Assembly: GCA_951406725.2 (NCBI GenBank)
Contig: OX597833.1
Span: 65,286,001-65,350,000, forward strand
Length of the DNA stretch: 64,000 bases
Reading direction: 5' to 3'
Origin: Octopus vulgaris
Taxonomy: Eukaryota
Part shown: positions 53,998 through 64,000 of the stretch, one piece after another
Numbering within the stretch: position 1 is the stretch's first letter
How the letters are laid out: each line of letters opens with the position of its first letter
Notes under the pieces: generated by a model
Told to the model about the DNA's origin: nothing
Seen by the model: the letters and a program-made list of their open reading frames with translations, nothing else
Database searches by the model: none
Program-made: the position numbers and the translations under genes

Positions 53998-54560
53998 TCT
54001 AAAATGGAGGTTTGCCCTCTATGTGGAGTTTGAACTCTAAAATGGAGGCTGCAAAATGATACGGTGGTTGTACTCCAATATGGAAATTTGCACTGTAATA
54101 AGGAAGTTTCTGGGTGTGGTACTCTAATATGGAGTTGGTACTCTGATACGGCGGTTTAGCTCGAATATTGAGGCTGCACATAATGTGGACTTTGTACTCT
54201 AATGAGGTTTATCCTCTAATGTGGAGATTTGTCCTCTAATGGTCTATATACATGTATTGTAAGCATAGAACTTATTCTATCGGTCACTTTTGCCGAAGTT
54301 ACGGGGACGTAAATACACCAGCATCGGTTGTGAAGAGATGTTGGGGTACAAACACAGACACATAAGCACACACACACACACACATATACATAAATACGAC
54401 GGGCTTCTTTCAGTTTCCGTCTACCGAATCCACTCATAAGGCTTTGAACTTTAGCATGGTGTTTGAAAATTGACACGGAGTTTGTACTCTAATATGGAAC
54501 TTTGCGGTGTTAAATTGAGTTTGTAACCTAATTTGGAGGACATGCTCTAAAGTGGAGGTC
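53998..54560. repeat. Degenerate 19-21-bp minisatellite (actctaatatggagtttgt), interrupted by a SINE B fragment at about 54255-54442 (-)
   Basis: Recurrent ctctaa..tggag units on both sides of the SINE fragment. Confidence 0.75.
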
Positions 54561-55249
54561 TTACCACTCACAGAAGCGGACATAAAACTTGCATTGCATA
54601 AAGACACCAAGAAGCGTTCCTGATGGCTGTTATTAACCAATATCCGTAACCAAATTTTCAATTAGCAACCACACCATCCCAAAATATTTCAGGAGTAGGA
54701 CTATTATAATTAATTACTTCCACTGGAGTATTGTCGGAATCTTTTTAAAGAACAACAGATATCGAACGCAATGAGTGAGGATTCCAGCTTTCCAAAAAAA
54801 AAAAAAAAAAAAAAAAAAGATTTAAGCTATCTATTATGAAATTTCAATTTAATTTTAAGGATTAATGTCTCATAGAACTGATAATATATATTTAAACAAA
54901 CTGCGGCTGCAGACATAATTACTACATGAAAGACAACTTCAAAATGACTTCAAAGGAGGTTCAAACGTGCCGAAAGAAATGCTAACATTTCATAGAGTCT
55001 TTCATGTATCCATTATGTCTGCAAACACAGTTTGTCCAAACATTAAAGACATAAATGTGTTGAAAATACTACGGCTTGGAATTTAAACAATGCATGGAAT
55101 ACGGTTCAGTGAGAGATTATACATCAAAGCTCTCACTCTCACTCTCACTATCTCTCTCTCTCTCTCTCACTCTCTCTCTCCAACCCGTCCCCACCGACGC
55201 ATTCTCTCTCTCTCTCTCGCTCTGTCTGTATACACACACACATACACAA

Positions 55250-55280
<31 letters not shown>

Positions 55281-55478
55281 CTGAGTGAGAGGAGTAAGAG
55301 AGATAATCGCATAGGTAACAGTATTTAGAGAAATTGTATATGTATATATGAATAAGGATATATATATATATATATACATACATACACAAACACACACACA
55401 TATATATATATAGATAGATAGATACATACATACATACGTACATACATACATACATACATACATACATACATACATACA

Positions 55479-55509
<31 letters not shown>

Positions 55510-55795
55510 GTATATATATATATATATATAGAGATTTATTGATTAAATATATCTGAAGTAAAAATGCGTTAGTCACGGACGGAGAGTCTTTTAATAACTT
55601 TTGGTACGCGTATATAAATATATATAACTATTTATCATTATATCGACCGGGTTATCTAATGTCGTTATACACCGCTGGTCACAATGCTCTTCCTCGAATA
55701 CTAATAGCTTGTGAAAGATGCTTACACTCTCGGTGGGCAGGCCTACATATATATGTGTGTGTGTATGAGTGTATGTATATGCGTATATATATGAT

Positions 55796-55827
<32 letters not shown>

Positions 55828-55861
55828 GGTGTGCGTGTTTGTGTGTGTTTGTGCATGTATG

Positions 55862-55923
<62 letters not shown>

Positions 55924-56044
55924 GAAACGCCGTATTTCGTTTTGCAGTCATAATATACTGCAAAGTGTATTAAGGGTTTCTAAATCAATGCTCTTTCCTG
56001 TATATGTACCAATTGCCAAGAATATGCATTAATATAGAAACTGG

Positions 56045-56318
56045 TAAGGCCCCTCTCCAAAAATTTCGAACCTTGGGCCTAGAGGGCAAAAGAATAGTTA
56101 AGGCGGCGAGCTGACAGTGTCGTTAGCACGCCGGGCGAAATACTTAGCGAAATTTCGTCTGTCTTTACGTTTGAAGTTCAAATTCCACCGAGGTCGACTT
56201 TGCAATTCATCCTTTGGGGGAGTTGATAAAATATGTACCAGTTACGTACTGGGTTCGATCTAATCGACAGGCCCCTCCCCTACAATTTCGGGCCTTGTGC
56301 CTAGAGTAGAAAAGAATA
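56045..56318 (+). mobile_element. SINE family A with alternative tail, preceded by an orphan tail copy
   Basis: ggcccctc..aatttcg..ccttg.gcctagag..aaaagaata at 56048-56095 and 56271-56318. Confidence 0.85.
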
Positions 56319-57251
56319 TGTCATCTGGTCTATCCAGTAGTGTTACATCACTCAACTCAGAGAGGCTATTTAAGCAATGCGTTCGTGGATGGTTAATGGT
56401 TTGGATGTGGTACTCAAGAAGGAACAAGAACACATGAAATATGTATAGAGATGCATTACCTATTTTTTTCTATGTTCTATTACCTTGTTTACATAGACGT
56501 ATTCGTACACAAAGTCTCGTAACTTTCAGTGCCGGCTCTAAATGCTTTACAAAATCTGTAGACATAACTTAAAATACATAGTCGTATCGATGTGATTGGC
56601 GTAAACAAAATTACTTGGAGCTGTTTTTCCAGAATTAATCACTGTTCCTTGATTGAATGGAGTCAAAGAATAATAAAAGGTTAAATGAATACCCGAAACA
56701 AAATTAGGATTTTTTCTCATTAAAAATCTCTATGGTAAATATATATTTCTAAAACATATTTCTAAAATACTTTTAAATACTTTTAGAATATAAGATTATA
56801 ACTTGAACTTCAAAACTAACATCAAGACTCATAAAACCTGTGATTCAATTATACGAATTAAATAAATTAAATCACATAATTATTGACGATATATAATTAA
56901 AATACATTAAGTATAATTAAATTTTTTTTTTATTATTATTAATTAAATATTCATATATAATTCAATAAAATATACTTTTATCTTTTTCAAGTCATTAATG
57001 ATGCTTACAAAATTTTGTTAGCGGAAGTTACAAATAGAATAAACGGTAAGAATAAAAGAAAGAATAGTAAAGAAAACCAATACCTATATATTTAGAGAGT
57101 TAGAGATAGATAATATTATAAAATTACTATACTTTAGAATAATTAGTTTAAATTAAGAGAAACATTCTAATTGATATTTTTCCTCTCCTTCATTAGTCCA
57201 GTAAGCTTTCTAAGTCATCTTTAACTTCTAAGATCAAAAACGCCGACATTT

Positions 57252-57262
57252 CATAGATCTTT

Positions 57263-57328
<66 letters not shown>

Positions 57329-57335
57329 AAAGATC

Positions 57336-57339
<4 letters not shown>
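57252..57339. repeat. Perfect 88-bp palindrome centred on (AT)31
   Basis: catagatctttca-(at)n-tgaaagatctatg. Confidence 0.9.
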
Positions 57340-57373
<34 letters not shown>

Positions 57374-58092
57374 ATTATAGATATGTATGTATGTATATAT
57401 ATATTCTATTGTTATCGTTATTGCTGCTGTTGTCTGACCCCAGGTCAAACGTATTGTAGCAGACATATGTTGAAAGATATTCCAGCCGTGACCACTACTT
57501 CATTGTTTCTTGGTTATACGGAGGGAAGAATATTATCTAAAGTGTAAGCGCAGGCATGGCTGCGTGGTAAGAAGTTCGTTTCTTAACCATATGGAACTGA
57601 GGTGCTTCGGCCTAAAACGGTGGCCTCTTTCTTGGATAAACATCGATGATTTGCCGAGTGGAGATTCCTTGGATGACTGATTGTCTGGTGTCTTCAAAAC
57701 TTCTTACTCAGATTAGCTCATACACGCGCATATCAATGGTTTCCCTAGACCGACCGGGCGACCCATGATTATGTAACTTTATTTGATCAGATTTGTAATC
57801 AAATATGTTTTCACCGTGACTATCGCGATTAAGACATCTTTGTATACTCATAAACCACAGACACACGCACACATGTATACATTCACTCATTTATAAACAT
57901 ACTGTAAGTTAGATGGGGCCGTTATCCCTCGTAGACTCCCCTCTCTAATCCTTTTCTGTTCTATGTATCTTATGTGACACGGAAGGTATGTTCCCCTGGA
58001 GTCTATGCATCATACATGAAACACATTCCAAAAATGTTCAGCCATATCAGCTATTTGGGTTTTAAAATAGGGACCATTAATATTAACAAGAA

Positions 58093-58689
58093 GTATTAAA
58101 CAAGGACTAACCAAAAACCTGAAAGCAAGCATAGACATTTTGGGCAAACTTATGAAAGTAACTTAGACAGGCAAAGGTCTAACAGGCAGTGGAATTATGT
58201 TAGAGAGGTATTTGGCTATCAAATCTAGCATTTCGAACCATCTCAAAGTAGATGGTTATTATTACAGGAAGCGATATACATTCTAAAAAACGTATTAAAC
58301 AAGGACTAACCAAAAACCTGAAAGCAAGCATAGACATTTATGGTCAACTTATGAAAGTAACTTATACAGGCAAAGATCTAAGAGGCAGTGGAATTATGAT
58401 AGAGAGGTATTTGGCTATCAAATCTAGCATTTCGAACCATCTCAAAGAAGTTGGTTATTATTTCAGGAAGCGATATACATTCTAAAAAACGTATTAAACA
58501 AATGCTAACCAAAAACCTGAAAGCAAGCATAGACATTTAGGGTCAACTTATGAAAGTAACTTATACAGGCAAAGGTCTAAGAGGCAGTGGAATTATGATA
58601 GAGAGGTATTCGGCTATCAAATCTAGCATTTCGAACCATTACAAAGAAGTTGGTTATTGTTTCAGGAAGCGATATACATTCTAAGAAAC
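58093..58689. repeat. 199-bp tandem repeat, three copies
   Basis: Units start gtattaaacaa at 58093, 58292 and 58491 and are highly similar. Confidence 0.95.
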
Positions 58690-59088
58690 AGAAGACAAAA
58701 AAAAACATCATTGTACTTAGGGATTAAGTGGTTTTCTTTCGATTAAGTAGTTTCTTTTCTCCTTCCAGTCACGTTCTTTATCTTGCAAATACAGAAGACT
58801 GACAAAAAGCCAAAACACTACAAGAATTCTTTCTTCACAGCAACGTCTCTAATACATGCTGCAATCCCCGACGGTCTTCGTGTGTTCAACCAACTGATTA
58901 ACATTTCTTACTCTTGCCAAAATAATGTTTGTTTATACAACAGAAATACAATCTCAACTATGTAAACATTGATGCACACGTGTGTGTGTATGTATGTATA
59001 CATATATATACACACACACACGCATATATATATAAGTATATGCGTGTGTGTGTGTGTATATATAAATATACATATATATGTGTGTATG

Positions 59089-59135
<47 letters not shown>

Positions 59136-59453
59136 GTATATGTATAAATTATGTGTGTATGTACATAAATATATATATATATATATATGTATAAAGTATA
59201 TATATATAGATATCAATATATGTGTGTGTGTGTATAATTTCTGAATGTATGTATGGATGTTTCTTTATAGTATAACGGTATATGTGTATAAATAACATAC
59301 GTATATCTATGCATGTATATGTAGGTGTGCATATGTAGGTGTAAATAATATATATGCATAGGGAGACAAACGGATAGATAGAGAGAGGGGGAGGGAGAGA
59401 GAGGGATAAATAAATATATATATAGATATATATGTAGATAGATAGACAAACGA

Positions 59454-59547
<94 letters not shown>

Positions 59548-59909
59548 CTACACACACAAACCGTGTGTGTAGCCCTCATCTTTAAACAGTTATTAGGAAA
59601 AGTCACAATTGCCGTTACTATTATTGCTGTTAGTGTGCTGTTATTTAGAACTAGATCAATCGTCATTGGCTGATGTATAATCAAAGTTGTTCCAGCCGTG
59701 ACACACCCATCATTTCTTTATATCTACGAGCACATGAAACGTTATACTATTCCTAAATTAAGATTGTGTGAAGCATGATTTGTGATGCGTTGGCAGCCAA
59801 TAGTAGCTAATCGAAATCTTTGTTAATCAACCTAAGCAGAGAGTCAATACTGCAGACATATAATCAACATATATTCCAACCATGACCAACCGATTTGTTA
59901 TACTCATAC

Positions 59910-60312
59910 TCATTTACTCATTTACTTGTTTCAGTCATTTGACTGCAGCCATGCTGGAGCACCGCCTTTAATCGAGCAACTCGATCCCGGGGCTTATTCT
60001 TTTGTAAGCCCAGTACTTACTCTATCGGTCTCTTTTGCCGAACCGCTAATGTGACGGGGACATAAACACACCAGCATCGGTTGTCAACCAATGCTAGGGG
60101 GACAAACACAGACACACACACACTCATATATATATATACATATATACGACGGGCTTCTTTCAATTTCCGTCTACCAAATCCACTCACAGGGCTTTGGTCG
60201 GCCCGAGGCTATAGTAGAAGACACTTGCCCAAGGTACCACGCAGTGGGACTGAACCCGGAACCATGTGGTTGGTAAACAAGCTACTTACCACACAGCCAC
60301 TCCTGCGCCTAT
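59910..60312 (-). mobile_element. SINE family B, full length
   Basis: Reverse complement of the 10461-type unit, ending ccacacagccactcctgcgcct. Confidence 0.92.
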
Positions 60313-60544
60313 GAATCTTTTTCATTTCTTTTTTGGAATATTGTAACCCTTGTTAGATAATATTTCAAAATATTGTCTAACAAGGCTTACAATATCTAAT
60401 GTAAACCATGCTTATCTAGTCGTAATACGTCTGAAAGATATATGAGTATATAAAAGGATTTCCGCTGAAATTTCTGGCAGAGAAAAATTTTCCCTTGACA
60501 AAACAGTGGGAAAATACCGTAGTCAGCACAGAAGCGCTCTTTCT

Positions 60545-60957
60545 TTACTCTTTACTCTTTTACTTGTTTCAGTCATTTGACTGTGGCCATGCTGGTGCAC
60601 CGCCTTTTCAGTCGAGCAAATCGACCCCCCAGGACTTATTCTTTGCAAGCCTAGTACTTATTCTATCGGGATCTTTTGCCGAACCGCTAAGTTACGGGGG
60701 TAAACACACCCAGCATCGGTTGTCAAGCGATGTTAGGGGGATGGGGACAAACACAGACACACAAACATATATACACATACACATACATATATACGACGGG
60801 CTTCTTTCAGTTTCCGTCTACCAAATCCACTCACAAGGCTTTCGTCGGTCCGAGGCTATAATAGAAAGCACTTGCGCAGGGTGCCACTCAGTGGGACTGA
60901 ACCCGGAACCATGTGGTTGGTAAGCAAGCTACTTACCACACAGCCACTCCTACGCCT
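60545..60957 (-). mobile_element. SINE family B, full length
   Basis: Reverse complement of the 10461-type unit, as for 59910-60312. Confidence 0.92.
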
Positions 60958-61509
60958 GTTGTAGATTGATGCATACGTATATTTCGAGTTAAGTTCATTC
61001 TCGTCGGCAGCAGATTCCAAAGAGAGATAAGTGTGAACTCACTAACAAGCTAACCTTTTCTCATGAAATCAATAAAGAATTCGGATTGATAATGTATATC
61101 GATTTCCAGGCCGCTGTAAATTAGTGGCTCGTTGCATAGGGATTTTAGAGCTTCAAATGCCATTCAAACTTTAACATCAGTATCTGACGTGTATTTTTTC
61201 AAGATATTGAGACATATCGTCAGTTTCGATGTGTGGGCCAACAGAATTCTCGATGCCGGAAGTATCTTGGCGGTACAGGTAAATTTGACCAACATGGGAC
61301 ACATCATTTGGTAGTGAAATCACAAAATACTTCATAGTTGTATTTTTAGGTAGATTTCAAAATTTAAATCACAAAAACTGAAAAGGAAAATTTATTATTG
61401 AAAATGTCTGAGGAAGTGAAGTTCTGTATTTTGTCTCTTGGTAATAAATTCATTTCACCGTCCATATGACGTTTGAATCTATAAAACATACGACTTATAT
61501 GATTTATAA

Positions 61510-64000
<2,491 letters not shown>

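Noticed and set aside
53998-58689. CRISPR-like appearance of the minisatellite and the 199-bp repeat
   Set aside because: There are no constant repeats with unique spacers and no cas genes, and the context is eukaryotic.
60091-60923. Recurrent peptide YDGLLSVSVYQIHSQGFGRPEA (also at 20711 and 51058)
   Set aside because: It is the antisense translation of SINE family B, not a protein family.

Overview
This is AT-rich, microsatellite-saturated animal genomic DNA with no supportable host protein-coding exon, rRNA, tRNA or CRISPR array. The SINE families and the dense (TA)n, (TATC)n and (TATG)n tracts point to an octopus or other coleoid intergenic or large-intron region; that taxon call is from recall and was not verified. 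Almost every ORF in the supplied track is a translated simple repeat or SINE. The real content is three tRNA-derived SINE families (called A, B and C here, several copies with target-site duplications), decayed LINE fragments (CR1, HERO-like, R4/Dong-like), a decayed DD37D/maT-type Tc1/mariner transposase, a TA-flanked MITE, non-autonomous Helitron/Helentron elements and a 199-bp tandem repeat. The main hidden signal is a set of short non-coding elements set in (TA)n tracts that carry minimal type I hammerhead-ribozyme motifs (CUGANGA...GAAAC, palindromic stem III). Two of these lie inside about 100-bp inverted repeats, the layout known for Penelope-like elements and retrozymes. One family has a non-canonical core position 6. 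Other points of note are SINE head/tail swapping supported by separate TSDs, a SINE dimer with the same junction at three loci, a SINE inserted into a perfect palindrome, and R4/Dong fragments sitting in (CATA)n. Everything was read by eye, so coordinates may be off by a few bases and family names need database confirmation.
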